Part shown: positions 11,101 to 21,160 of the stretch, piece after piece
How the letters are laid out: every line of letters begins with the position of its first letter
How positions within the stretch are numbered: position 1 is the stretch's first letter
Virus record (IMG/VR): IMGVR_UViG_3300033148_007689
Span: 1-57,013 of that record
Direction: 5' to 3' (one strand)
Length of the DNA: 57,013 nt
Origin: a virus
Taxonomy: Duplodnaviria > Caudoviricetes
Position numbers and translations under genes: made by a program
Notes under the pieces: model-generated
Seen by the model: only the letters and a program-made list of their open reading frames with translations
Database searches by the model: none
Told to the model about the DNA's origin: nothing

Positions 11101-12622
11101 TATGATACATGCCACAGCTGGAGATATAGTATATGTACAACATGATCTACCATCTTGGGGTCAAGGGGGTAGATTATTAGATTATGATTCTACTAATGCT
11201 AGTATTACTATAGATGCTGCTTATACATTTACTGCAACCCCAGATTCTGCTGCTTCCTACTTGATAAGATACCAGACAGACACAGACAGTTTTGTTGTTG
11301 CTACAGTAGAAGCTAGTGGATTAAGTCTAAACGATTCAAAACAAACTATATCCGTTAAATCTTGGCCTGCAACAGATCCTTGTGATGATGCTGTATATGC
11401 TATTGGAAAATCTCCATCTTATATAAAGAAATTCAGATTAATATCAGCAGCTAGATTTAAAGAAAATGAAGTTGAAGCAGCAGCTTTAGAGCATCTCTCC
11501 AGTCTCTATTCTAGTGAACCCACAATAACAGTGGTAGAAGATGACTATTCACAATTGCCAAATCCACTAGAAATACCAGGAGAACCAATTAATGTATCTG
11601 TAGGGTGTACAAGTATCGCTGAGGGAATAGGATTTATACTTAAAGCAGACCCACCACAGGGAGACAGTAATGTTATTGAAATAATTGTTCAAATGTCAGA
11701 TGCAAACGATTTACAGTATGAAACCATAGCAGCAATACCAGTTGAAAGAGGAGGAACAAAGTACATAGACAATAATTTAGAACTAGATCATACTTATTAT
11801 TTTAGATTCTTTTGTAGAACAAAATTCAAAAGTAGTAGGCCAGTTAACGCTGTTTATGAACTAAAAAAAGATAATTATTTACTGAGTCCACCGACAGGTA
11901 TCCATATAAAAGGGGCTAACCCAAACGATCATACGTTCGATGGAAGAGACGTTACAATAATGTGGGATCCTGTAGGCTCTTCGTACTCAACTTCATTTTC
12001 TGTTTCTGGATACAAAGTAGAGGTGTATCATACCAGCGTATCATCCGCAAATCTATTGAGAACTGAATATGTAAGCTCAGAAGAGTATACTTATAGCTTA
12101 GATAATAATCTAGAAGATTGTGCTCAGGCCACTCCATACAGCTCTCTCATATTCATATTGTATACAAGAAATGTAGCTATGATTGAGTCTGTAGGGTCTA
12201 CTTATTTTCCAGTTAGTAACAGTATCCCTGCTAATATAAATGGCCTCTCCGCAAAATCTATTGTATCTGGAGTAAGTTTTAGTTGGACAAAAAGTACTGA
12301 AACTGACCTTAAATGTTATTATTATCGAACAAGGGTAGGATCAGACTCGTGGTCAAGTTGGGCAGATATAGAAGATAATACTCTTACAAGAACTCTTACA
12401 GCTTCAGAGATTACCAGTCACGGAACTTTGGTTACTATTACAATAGAGGTCAAAGCAAAAGATGTCTACAACCAACTCTCAGCTACTGCAGCCACTACTA
12501 GTGCAACCTCCAACCAAGTGGCCGATAATATATTTGCTTTAATAGCCTCAAAATCAGCAGGTTCTGGAACTTTATCTGAACTCTACGATGGAACTAGAGA
12601 TAGTGGAGGTGTTACAATTTGA
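8162..12622 (+). CDS. Tail tip / central fibre (gpI+gpJ-like fusion, FnIII repeats)
   Basis: Ubiquitin-like N-terminus, PIPIVYG, LCEGEI, YPNTALLG, NTRYGLG motifs. Confidence 0.85.
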   Translation: MPKVTFKNLLDDKSKFREISKRNLLSAVYEYARTSSDSEIYHTILNQKITISVNNKVIHPDNWHMFELKKKDKVIITPTLEGGTSGGWLQIGIGAALMTLAVANPAWLPFAAKYVFATGAALALGGVSQLLFTPDLPSMPSISGDKQTQTYNWSGVKTVAKADSPIPIVYGTHPVGGNIVSIFTESYGEDSYLCMLLALCEGEIDGICQEADHTQVCSTSNQSLRDTTYKDPAIKIDDQPLRVYNDVEWWYRKGTNTRTAESNYDPYDPTVQNKIPHFDGARIQFDDGRELTVDGIKYTTTKEVDMVTVNVRAPALFDSSGGNIVSATASYKIEFWNDSETEENAHAYAIKKWSPSVSGTRDGGTMADASSYCICTTYREDEYKYGDIQDPTYTVKILNNNFRNFTEGERRVEYTINIEIYDSSSNLIESKSITQSMSRTAYYKSSTEEEGGCGHYVYGETTHSYTQFLVNDYLVKLTHNVAANDIFTISSVQSGDTESLHLTGKTKTGKGNSITINFLDEGTTGANGKDVYTIKLSRTDDGKSSSMLKENNLILKSVVEVVQGEFIYPNTALLGLRIKATGQLSGSPPNVVTLVRGTKIPVPDLSGTDEAFDDHFWSVDNNRWEYDGEARTWDGSSWTTEYSNNAMLCVRDLMLNTRYGLGRYINSTDLYSTGITTAIKECHKEYDPTEPDHLDWWDEGGDTFDKNIRSLGTSSSENISIDNSAKTITFSGAWLYSFYIKLSAPLIIDREYTFSITLSSLSSNCTVGFRISPDQITKHFTYVGASSNKGDGTHSFTWTCTHSELSLLKLTVERYAGSSTNLSGVIEDISITDTSNKLHYHTWNGVLESGQSAPTALIEICDSFRCWPVWYNGQFNFVIDTDDTPIHTLTTSNMTSFSQSFSPISEIPYKLIGQYTDEDTNYDMRSLIARSTSTTLTKLNERTVGLKGITNRRKAERELVWKLNKVTNCTHMINFKCGLDMIHATAGDIVYVQHDLPSWGQGGRLLDYDSTNASITIDAAYTFTATPDSAASYLIRYQTDTDSFVVATVEASGLSLNDSKQTISVKSWPATDPCDDAVYAIGKSPSYIKKFRLISAARFKENEVEAAALEHLSSLYSSEPTITVVEDDYSQLPNPLEIPGEPINVSVGCTSIAEGIGFILKADPPQGDSNVIEIIVQMSDANDLQYETIAAIPVERGGTKYIDNNLELDHTYYFRFFCRTKFKSSRPVNAVYELKKDNYLLSPPTGIHIKGANPNDHTFDGRDVTIMWDPVGSSYSTSFSVSGYKVEVYHTSVSSANLLRTEYVSSEEYTYSLDNNLEDCAQATPYSSLIFILYTRNVAMIESVGSTYFPVSNSIPANINGLSAKSIVSGVSFSWTKSTETDLKCYYYRTRVGSDSWSSWADIEDNTLTRTLTASEITSHGTLVTITIEVKAKDVYNQLSATAATTSATSNQVADNIFALIASKSAGSGTLSELYDGTRDSGGVTI

Positions 12623-12730
12623 GTAAGGAGTTAACTCTAGAATATGTAAAAGCAGGGACCAAACAGAAAGCTAAAAGACATGGATGTCTAAGTAAACTTT
12701 ATTATCAATTTAAGAAGGAAGTGAGTTAAA

Positions 12731-15700
12731 ATCGCATTTCAATACATCGAATATCAATATCCAACAGAACATGACTTTGAGAAGATGCTCTTGTGGGTAG
12801 ATTCCACATGTCGTTTGTATTTTGCTCTAAAGGGTAAAGATAGTGATAGTTGGACATATTTCTCAGGAGAGTCAGATCATACTCTTGCTACTAACTCTGT
12901 ACTAGTAAATAGAGGTTCTTCAGAAGCAAATGCTCAAACAAATTATTGGTTAGCGACCCCTGACTCTGATAATAAAATCATTGCTATTTTGCCTACTATC
13001 TTTTTGGCTAAGTACGTCCGAGCTTATATTGATGATGAGAATAATAATCCTACACAAATTTATGAATTTAGACCAAGCACGAGACTTCTCGCCGATGAGC
13101 TTGTAAGTGGACAACTTCATATTACAGATCAATTTGCAAGCCCTCCTCTTATCAAAGTTACTAAATCTAGTGTTGACCGAATAAAAATTGGCAACTTTAC
13201 AGGAGATACCTATGGCCTAGTAGGCTATGATGCAAGCTCAAATATGATTTTTGAGCTATCTGATGCTCAGACTAAAATTGCTGGATGGACTTTAGCAGAA
13301 CATAATCTCTCTTCAGGTAGTATGACTCTTGATTCCTCTACCCCAGCCATTACTATGGGCGATGCCACAGATTACCTTACAGGCGCAGGTATCTTTGAGG
13401 GCTATAGCGGAGGCGCATGGAAATTTCATTTCGGTGATCCGAGTGCCGACTACATAGGTTATGATGGCGCAGGGAATTTGCATATTACAGGTGAATTCAG
13501 TGGCTCAGCTTCTATAGATGGCACATCTGCTAATACCTTCACAGTGAACAGCGATCTCGATGATGTTAATGTTCAACTCATTCTTGGCAGAACTACAGGC
13601 GGGAATGCAGCAATCCAATGGAATGGCAGCGAGTTGACCTCTAATATTGCCACCGATAGCAATGGAAGTTTACAGCAAATCGTTACAAAGGAATATGTCG
13701 ATTATTCTGTTACCAGTCTTGGAGCTTCTTATTACATGCTGGATACAAGTTCGGGGGTTGCTGACTACAAACTATGCTCCTTAATCCCATCCGAAGATGC
13801 CGAGACTTATCTGGAGGCTGCTGACCTAAGTGATAATGATTATATTGGCGGATGGATTTCGGATGCAGGAGACATGCCAAGTATACTCTTGACCGGAAAT
13901 TTCAACTTTTATATTACTGCAGAAAAAACTACGGGTACGAAAACCTTGAAACTGTACTGGAAGATGTATGAGCGAAAAGCAGATACATCTGAAGTATTGA
14001 TTGCAACGTCTTCAGTTACAAACGAAGTTACGGACAAGGATACATTTGTCCTTCCGTTTCTTCTTACCTCTGATTATATCCCAGAGTCTGGTTCACGAAT
14101 TGTCGGAAAGATATATGCTTCAGTTACTGGTGGTGGGAATGCACCTACTGTACGTATTTACTACCGAGGCAATACCTCCGCAAGGTGGGATATTCCTGCA
14201 AACAGTGAAGTTTTTCGGAATATCTTTGTACCTTACGCAAACGCAGTTCAGGATGTCGACCTCAACTCCAAGAACTTGACAGGAATAGGTAAAATATCCG
14301 CTACGGGGACTCTTTCTGGCGGAGGAAGGGCTTATTCTTTTGATCCTAATTGGTCAACTGTTACAAGCAATGTTACCAGATACGAGAAAGGAATTTCTCT
14401 TAATGAGTATGATTTACCTATTTCTTCAGGAGTAAAAGATTCTGGTTATCGGGTAGGCATAGACTCTCAGATATTCGTTGATGGTGCCGATTTTCAAGGA
14501 ACTTTAAGTGACCAATATGCTGGGTGGTTTAGGGCAGGAACATATTCTACTGATCCTACAGGTACTATAGAGGATGCCAGAGCCATTTATGCAGAAGTGC
14601 TTTATGGAGCTAACAGCACTATTGATAATGCCTATGGTATTTATATAGTAAACGCAAGTGGGCCTACAAATAATTGGGGAGTTTATCAGGCTTCAAGTTG
14701 TGCAGATAACTATTTTGCAGGTAAGGTTGGCGTTAATACAAACAGTCCCCGCAAACAGATAGACTCTCTCTCTACCTCTCAGGCTCAACTTAGGCTAAGC
14801 TACTCTGATGATTCAGTTTATGCAGATTTTAGAGTGAATTCTAATGGCAACCTCACAGTTTCACCTACAGGAGATTTTGTATTCGATCCAACAGGAAATG
14901 ACATCTATCCAAACACAAACTATGATCTCAATCTCGGTCTTATCAATAAGAAATTTCTCACCCTTCATGCTGCCGAGCTTTGGGTAGAGACCCTTGTAGC
15001 ACAGGAGACATTAGCCACCATAGGTGGACGTATTGTCGTAGCACCTACTACAACATTGACCTCTGATATTGGCACTGGAGATACTACCATCTATGTCAAA
15101 CACAACAACCTCGCCAATGGTGATCGCATATACATGGAGGCGAATGGCAAGGTTGAGTTTATGGCTGTAACGAGTAGTGCAGGAGGATCGGGGCCATATA
15201 GCTATAGTGTAACAAGAAACCTTGATGGTACTGGGGCAAATACGTGGTATGCAGGAGATGCCATTCTCAATACTGGCACTACAGGCGATGGGTTTATTGA
15301 CATTTATTCTCTGCGAGGCATAAAAGAATCCTCAGATTATGGCCCAACTATTGTAGGCAATATTAGAAACTCTTCTACCTATAATGACTGGACAGAGGCA
15401 TGGGCAATTGGAAACCTTAATGGACTGTATGGCTATGGAATTGATACCTATGGTGCAGCATTTGGAAAATATTCTGCTGCCGATTATATTACTATCGACC
15501 CCACTAATGGTATACGGTTCTTTGATAGTTCAGATGTAATACAGGCACAGCTAAAAAGCTCAGAATGGACGATCGGGCAAGTTGCAGCATCCAAGAGTAA
15601 TATTCGTATCTCCAGTGGCGTATTGCAATTACGAAACAATACAACTGTAAAGACACAGCTAAATACTGATGGCTCAGGCTGGTTAGCTGGTGATGGGAAA

Positions 15701-18646
15701 TTTAACTGGGATACATCTGGTAATATTACGATGACAGGCTCAATTACTTTAACGAATCAAATTAGTTCTTCTGATATTTCAGATGTAGAAGCAAATGCAG
15801 ATGCAACACGATTTGTTAATAGCGCTGATTCAAATGGCACAGGCTGGCGGAGAGTAGCTCATATTGACGGCAATGCAGGTAGAGGTTCACAGATTGTTTC
15901 TATTTATACCACAGGCGGTGATTTTGTACCCCAATGTACAACTGTGCAATGGTTTCATGACTGGGGTTCAGGGACTTCAATTACAGTTTTACATCATACT
16001 TCTTCTGCTTATTGGAATCAAGTTCGTATAACAGACGATGGAACAAATTCTTATCTTGAGTTTAATTTTACCACAGATGTTACAAGTCTGAAGATAGAGT
16101 TACAGCGGATAGGTTATTTTAGAGGAGATATTTACAGTGGTACATTATCTGCTGGTGGCGATACAGTACGAGAAACACAAACCCTTGCAGGAAATCCTGA
16201 CAAGACTTCTGCTCAATTCTCCAATTCTCTCACCACAATAGACGCCTCTACAGATAAAGTAGAATTAGGGCTGAATAGCTCAGGCGCATTGATTACAAAA
16301 GTAATACCAGCGTCTAACGTAGCTCCTTCTGGTGCTGGGTTATATATGGGCGCAGATTATCTTGGTTATTACGACTCCTCAGCATGGAAGACCTACATGG
16401 ATAATTCTGGCAATTTCTATCTTGGCGGAACTTCTGGGCCTCTGCAATGGAATGCGGGGACATCGACCTTGACACTTGGTGTTGACGCATTTGCCAATCT
16501 ACCTTCAGACGAAGACCTCGTAGGCTATTGGGCATTTGACGATGGTAGTGGAAGTGTTGCGGTTGATGGTTCAGGAAGTAGTCGGAGTCTTACTCTTTAC
16601 AATGCTCCTACGTGGGTGTCAGGAATAGTGGGAACAGCCTTAGATTTTGAAGCAGGCTCCTCCCAATACGGCACTACGGAAGCTTTTGCTATATCAGGAG
16701 ATACAAGCTTATTCATGTGGATTACCCCTGAATCATTCTCCACACTTTGTAACTCGATATCTATATATCGCTATGGCGGAGGATCCGATAGAGCAGGATG
16801 GGGTTTTTCCGTAGAAGATGCCAACCTTAGAATTGGATACGCCAGTAATGCAACCACACATGGAACTCTTTTTCTAAGTTACGACTTTGTGGCTGGAACA
16901 AAGTATTTTGTCGGAGTTTGTTATGATGATAGTGAAAACCTATTTACTGCCTATGTGAATGGAGAGGTTATAGGAACTGCCTCTCCGACCGACGTCAGGT
17001 GGTCTGGAAATATAGGTGTTGCTGTTGGTAGATATCATTATGACCGAGATGCCTATTATAGTGATGGTGTATTTGACGAAGTCCGCATCTACAACCGTGC
17101 CCTCACCCCCTCCGAAGTCAAAGCTCTGTTCCTCTATCCCGCAGGGAACAAAGCCACAAAGATAAGTGGCAGCCAGATAACCACAGGTAAAATTCAATCC
17201 ACAAATTGGGTAGATGGCACAAGTGGAAGTATGCTTGATCTTAACAATGAGCTTTTTGCTATTAAAGATGATACTTTTGGCAACTCAGGCATACAAATTA
17301 TGTGGGATAGCGGGGCGAAGTTTTATGCGGGGGATGGGAGTAATAAATATTTCAAGTTTGATGGCACAAATATCTCTTGGAAAGGTGTAAATACTGAGCT
17401 TACTGCTGCTGGAGCTTTCACAGCGTCTAATGCTACTATTACAGGTACAATAAATGCCTCTGGGGGTACATTCACAGGTAACGTAACAGCAGGCACTGCT
17501 AAGTTTGGTGTTGATGTCACTTCAGGCAATGATGGCATCTGGCTTGATGCCAACAATTATTGGTATACAACTGGTGTAAAAGCTGTAACAGGTACAATAG
17601 GAGGCTGGACACTTTCTTCAACTACCTTAGCAAATGGAACTAATATAATTCTTGACGCATCGAACAAGAAAATATCAATCAAGAATGCTACTTTTGGGAA
17701 TGAAGGAATACAATTAGAGTATAATGCAGGCACTCCTCGATTTTATGTCGGTGATGGCTCTAATGAATACCTAAAATATATTCAAGGCACTGGATTATCT
17801 CTAAGCACAGCGCAAGCAAATGCGATTACGATTAAGAATGGAGGGTCTATAAAACTGGAGGTTGGTGGAGATGTCAATTTTGGGCTGAGCGATACAAATC
17901 CTTCTCTGTTGAACTGGGGTGATATATATCATATGGGAGCAGCCTCAACTATATCAAGGGGGTTGTGTATATGGCCTGAGACTGCCAATCAAGGGAGACT
18001 TCGGATAGGCTATAATCCTGTCACAGAGACAACCAGTGAATTTGAGTATATCTATCTCGATAGCAATCATAGTATTATTCTTAATGCTTATTATGATGAG
18101 TATTATTATACACACTTATATAATATAGCAGATTCTACTTCTGGATATATTTCATTAGTTGCAAGAGCTGGAGGCAATATTTCTGAAGCAAGACTAAGTG
18201 GTGGAGATGAGGCTTTCAGGCCACAAACTACAGATCAACTTGATTTAGGTACGACATCAAACAGATGGAAAAATGCCTACTTTTCTGGATACGTAACCAC
18301 TTCTGGTGTTCCCTCAGGAAGTCCTGTAGCCAATGCCCTCTATAAAGATAATATTATTAAAGCTTGGATAAATTTCAACGGTACTGGAACAATCGCAATA
18401 AATGACAGTTTTAACGTAAGCTCAATTACTGATAATGGAACTGGTAATTACACAATTACATGGACTACTGATTTTGCTAATAGTGTTTATGCTGTGAGTG
18501 GTGCAGCGCATCACTCAGGCGGATCTAATTTAAGTGTCGGAATTATTTCTGTGGCAGTTGGAACAACCACTATAGGTGTATGGGATACGACTAATGTTGC
18601 ACGAGATGGAGATATTGTAACATTGATGGCAATAGGAGATCAATAA
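12731..18646 (+). CDS. Large tail fibre / receptor-binding protein with LamG domain (possible ATC start at 12731; first ATG 12785)
   Basis: LVGYWAFDDGSG..FDEVRIYNRALT LamG; IGGW repeats; C-terminal KAWINFNG..SFNVSSITDNGTG fibre module. Confidence 0.8.
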   Translation: MAFQYIEYQYPTEHDFEKMLLWVDSTCRLYFALKGKDSDSWTYFSGESDHTLATNSVLVNRGSSEANAQTNYWLATPDSDNKIIAILPTIFLAKYVRAYIDDENNNPTQIYEFRPSTRLLADELVSGQLHITDQFASPPLIKVTKSSVDRIKIGNFTGDTYGLVGYDASSNMIFELSDAQTKIAGWTLAEHNLSSGSMTLDSSTPAITMGDATDYLTGAGIFEGYSGGAWKFHFGDPSADYIGYDGAGNLHITGEFSGSASIDGTSANTFTVNSDLDDVNVQLILGRTTGGNAAIQWNGSELTSNIATDSNGSLQQIVTKEYVDYSVTSLGASYYMLDTSSGVADYKLCSLIPSEDAETYLEAADLSDNDYIGGWISDAGDMPSILLTGNFNFYITAEKTTGTKTLKLYWKMYERKADTSEVLIATSSVTNEVTDKDTFVLPFLLTSDYIPESGSRIVGKIYASVTGGGNAPTVRIYYRGNTSARWDIPANSEVFRNIFVPYANAVQDVDLNSKNLTGIGKISATGTLSGGGRAYSFDPNWSTVTSNVTRYEKGISLNEYDLPISSGVKDSGYRVGIDSQIFVDGADFQGTLSDQYAGWFRAGTYSTDPTGTIEDARAIYAEVLYGANSTIDNAYGIYIVNASGPTNNWGVYQASSCADNYFAGKVGVNTNSPRKQIDSLSTSQAQLRLSYSDDSVYADFRVNSNGNLTVSPTGDFVFDPTGNDIYPNTNYDLNLGLINKKFLTLHAAELWVETLVAQETLATIGGRIVVAPTTTLTSDIGTGDTTIYVKHNNLANGDRIYMEANGKVEFMAVTSSAGGSGPYSYSVTRNLDGTGANTWYAGDAILNTGTTGDGFIDIYSLRGIKESSDYGPTIVGNIRNSSTYNDWTEAWAIGNLNGLYGYGIDTYGAAFGKYSAADYITIDPTNGIRFFDSSDVIQAQLKSSEWTIGQVAASKSNIRISSGVLQLRNNTTVKTQLNTDGSGWLAGDGKFNWDTSGNITMTGSITLTNQISSSDISDVEANADATRFVNSADSNGTGWRRVAHIDGNAGRGSQIVSIYTTGGDFVPQCTTVQWFHDWGSGTSITVLHHTSSAYWNQVRITDDGTNSYLEFNFTTDVTSLKIELQRIGYFRGDIYSGTLSAGGDTVRETQTLAGNPDKTSAQFSNSLTTIDASTDKVELGLNSSGALITKVIPASNVAPSGAGLYMGADYLGYYDSSAWKTYMDNSGNFYLGGTSGPLQWNAGTSTLTLGVDAFANLPSDEDLVGYWAFDDGSGSVAVDGSGSSRSLTLYNAPTWVSGIVGTALDFEAGSSQYGTTEAFAISGDTSLFMWITPESFSTLCNSISIYRYGGGSDRAGWGFSVEDANLRIGYASNATTHGTLFLSYDFVAGTKYFVGVCYDDSENLFTAYVNGEVIGTASPTDVRWSGNIGVAVGRYHYDRDAYYSDGVFDEVRIYNRALTPSEVKALFLYPAGNKATKISGSQITTGKIQSTNWVDGTSGSMLDLNNELFAIKDDTFGNSGIQIMWDSGAKFYAGDGSNKYFKFDGTNISWKGVNTELTAAGAFTASNATITGTINASGGTFTGNVTAGTAKFGVDVTSGNDGIWLDANNYWYTTGVKAVTGTIGGWTLSSTTLANGTNIILDASNKKISIKNATFGNEGIQLEYNAGTPRFYVGDGSNEYLKYIQGTGLSLSTAQANAITIKNGGSIKLEVGGDVNFGLSDTNPSLLNWGDIYHMGAASTISRGLCIWPETANQGRLRIGYNPVTETTSEFEYIYLDSNHSIILNAYYDEYYYTHLYNIADSTSGYISLVARAGGNISEARLSGGDEAFRPQTTDQLDLGTTSNRWKNAYFSGYVTTSGVPSGSPVANALYKDNIIKAWINFNGTGTIAINDSFNVSSITDNGTGNYTITWTTDFANSVYAVSGAAHHSGGSNLSVGIISVAVGTTTIGVWDTTNVARDGDIVTLMAIGDQ

Positions 18647-18648
18647 AA

Positions 18649-18924
18649 ATGAAGGTACGAATAATTTATAAATCAGATGGCTCTGTAGGAGTAATTTATC
18701 CAGCTCTAAAGTCTAAACGAGGAGATGAAACTGAAGAGCAATGGCTTAAAAGAGTGTTTGACAAAGCTACACCTGAAGATGTAGAATATGAAGATGTTGA
18801 GGACTCAGAAATACCTCAAGACAGAGAGTTTCGGGACGCATGGATAGGTAAAAAAGGTAAAGGTATAAGTATTGATAAAGTTAAAAAGCAGGAGATAATC
18901 AATGCCAAAAATAAAATACATTAA
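18649..18924 (+). CDS. Probable tail fibre assembly/accessory protein
   Basis: IPQDREFRDAW motif; directly follows the fibre gene. Confidence 0.6.
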   Translation: MKVRIIYKSDGSVGVIYPALKSKRGDETEEQWLKRVFDKATPEDVEYEDVEDSEIPQDREFRDAWIGKKGKGISIDKVKKQEIINAKNKIH

Positions 18925-18958
18925 AAAATCCATCTATTCTGTTTTTAGAAGGATACAT

Positions 18959-19312
18959 ATGAAGAAACTTTTACTTGTAATCTCTATTCTTTTACTTTCT
19001 GCTTGTGCTACAAATACAAATTGTCTAATATCTGCTTTAACACAGGCAGAAAAAGTACAGGATAAAAGTACCATTATCTTTGTAGAAGGTTGGGTTGTAC
19101 GTCCTGATGCACGTCATGTTCAATTATGGGTATTCAATAAAGAAAAAGGAATCTTTGAAATTAGATCAGGCAAGATGTCGCAGTTCTATGGTGTGAAATT
19201 CTATTCCTATAGACAGTATATAGACAGAGTGAATAATAACCATTGGCTTGATAAGAAGAAAGATAAATGTCAAAGAAAATCCACTAATAAATCAAAAGGA
19301 GGGAGCAAATGA
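18959..19312 (+). CDS. Lipoprotein
   Basis: MKKLLLVISILLLSA-C lipobox; SD AGAAGGA before ATG 18959. Confidence 0.65.
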   Translation: MKKLLLVISILLLSACATNTNCLISALTQAEKVQDKSTIIFVEGWVVRPDARHVQLWVFNKEKGIFEIRSGKMSQFYGVKFYSYRQYIDRVNNNHWLDKKKDKCQRKSTNKSKGGSK

Positions 19313-19887
19313 CAAAAAAAGGTAAAGACACAACTAAAACCAATGAGAACCAAATTAAGATAACGTATAATGAACTACGTAACTTAATGTTATTTTCAGT
19401 TCGCCCAGGTGAACCTTCTGCTTGGTCAAAGCTCATCAATCCTATACAGCCTGAGAGGATGTCGGGGAAGGCAAAGATTAAGCTGATGAGATTATCTACG
19501 AGACTCAATCCAATTCTGGAGGTTGCAGAGAAACTACGAAAAGAACTGATAGAGAAATATTGCTTAAAGGATGAGAAAGGGGAATATAAGGTAAGACCTT
19601 TGGATAAGTTCATACCAAAATATACAAAGCGGGATAGTAAGGGAAAGCCTATATTAGACAAAGAAGGCAACCCTGTAATTGAAATACCTGATAATCCACC
19701 TGAGAATGAAATGACATACGATCTGGGTGAGAATGAAGAGAAATTTAATAAGGAGTTGAATGAGGCTTTTAGTGTTGATGCGGAAGTACCAGGCGAAAGA
19801 ATTACTATTGATGCGAACGATATACCGAATAATATATCACCAATTGAACTAAGTGGATTGGAAAAGGTGATAAAATTTGAGGAGTAG
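19309..19887 (+). CDS. Hypothetical protein
   Basis: 192-aa ORF with SD AGGAGGGAG. Confidence 0.7.
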   Translation: MTKKGKDTTKTNENQIKITYNELRNLMLFSVRPGEPSAWSKLINPIQPERMSGKAKIKLMRLSTRLNPILEVAEKLRKELIEKYCLKDEKGEYKVRPLDKFIPKYTKRDSKGKPILDKEGNPVIEIPDNPPENEMTYDLGENEEKFNKELNEAFSVDAEVPGERITIDANDIPNNISPIELSGLEKVIKFEE

Positions 19888-20135
19888 AATCAAGAGCCTA
19901 ATAGCAGTTGATAGGAAAATAATAATAGTAGGGAGCTTAGCAGCAGTTGATAAAAAATAACCAAAACTTATCAAAAATAACCAGAAATGGTAAGGGCTCC
20001 GAGGCTGAGGACGGTAGTAAGTGGACTGTTGCCATCAAGTGGCGTCCTATGTTAGTTCTCACAAAATACCTTGTCATTGGCTCAGTGGCAAGCTCTATGA
20101 GAACAACGTTGCCGAGAGCAAAAATTACTATTTAA
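19888..20135 (+). ncRNA. Probable omega-RNA of IsrB
   Basis: ~250-nt structured non-coding leader (AGGACG/CGTCCT, GTTCTCA/TGAGAAC stems) immediately upstream of isrB; boundaries approximate. Confidence 0.65.
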
Positions 20136-20146
20136 GGAGTGCTTAA

Positions 20147-21100
20147 ATGCAAACTAAACAGGTCAAAGTCTTTGTAGTTGATACAGAAGGGAAACCCTGT
20201 CTGCCTACACGGTCAGCAAGGGCAAGACGGTTATTGCGAGATGGCAAGGCTAAGGTGGTTCAGGTTATGCCGTTCACGATTCAGTTAAAACGGATTGTTG
20301 CTAATCCGGTTGGCTCTTTTAAAGTTGGAATTGATGATGGTGCAAAGTATGTTGGTGTTGCAGTAATCAATGATAAAACAAATGAAGCAGTGTTCAAAGG
20401 GCAAATTGAGTTAAGGCAAGATGTTAAACGTTTGATGGAACAAAGGAGGAATTATAGACGTTCTCGAAGGTCAAGGAAATTAAGATATAGACAACCAAGG
20501 TTTAATAATCGAATTAGTTACAAACTACCACATTCTATTCGGTGCAGAAAAGATTCTATTTTGAGATTTTTAAGGGATATGATGAAAAGAGCTAATATTG
20601 TTGGTATAGTAGTTGAAGAAGTTAAGTTCAACCATTCCAAATATAGATGGGGTAAACAGTTTTCTTTAGTTGAACAGGGCAAAAATTATTTAAAGGAACA
20701 AATATTAATTTTAGGATTACTGTATCGTTCTGTTCTTGGTTACGAAACTAAAGCAAAAAGGTTAAATTTAGGATTGTCAAAAACACATAGTAATGATGCC
20801 GTTGCTATAGTTTGTGATAAAAACCCTGTCATTAAAAGTCTTGAATGGATTGTAAAACCAAGAAGAACTAAAGTCTGGGAAGATAACCCTACAAAAACCT
20901 GTATAGAAAAGAATGGATTTAGACATTTTGACATTGTCAAAAGTTATAACAGAAATAAGGGTAAAATAATTGGCTCTATAAGAAGTCTTAAAGCCAGAGC
21001 AATAACACTCAGGACTTCTTTTGATGACAACTTTGCTGTATCATATAATAAAACCAAGTTACTTCAACGACCGAAGGGTTTGGTTTATTTACAGGGATGA
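20147..21100 (+). CDS. isrB: IsrB OMEGA nickase (IscB family lacking HNH)
   Basis: PLMP-like GKPCLPT, RuvC-I GIDDGAK, Arg-rich bridge RRNYRRSRR, RuvC-II VVEEV, RuvC-III HSNDA; 317 aa, no HNH. Confidence 0.85.
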   Translation: MQTKQVKVFVVDTEGKPCLPTRSARARRLLRDGKAKVVQVMPFTIQLKRIVANPVGSFKVGIDDGAKYVGVAVINDKTNEAVFKGQIELRQDVKRLMEQRRNYRRSRRSRKLRYRQPRFNNRISYKLPHSIRCRKDSILRFLRDMMKRANIVGIVVEEVKFNHSKYRWGKQFSLVEQGKNYLKEQILILGLLYRSVLGYETKAKRLNLGLSKTHSNDAVAIVCDKNPVIKSLEWIVKPRRTKVWEDNPTKTCIEKNGFRHFDIVKSYNRNKGKIIGSIRSLKARAITLRTSFDDNFAVSYNKTKLLQRPKGLVYLQG

Positions 21101-21160
21101 AGAAAGGCGTCCTTCAAAAACTACCTACCTATTTTTGGTGGTTTTTGTAAACCAGATAAA

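Noticed and set aside
2429-17556. Many antisense or nested ORFs within tail genes (and similarly within Rad50-like and nrdJ genes)
   Set aside because: Shadow ORFs with no SD or motifs, opposite well-supported genes
18300-18646. Diversity-generating retroelement target in the fibre C-terminus
   Set aside because: No template repeat or reverse transcriptase seen
19947-20135. 62-aa ORF upstream of isrB
   Set aside because: Coincides with the expected omega-RNA; weak TTG start
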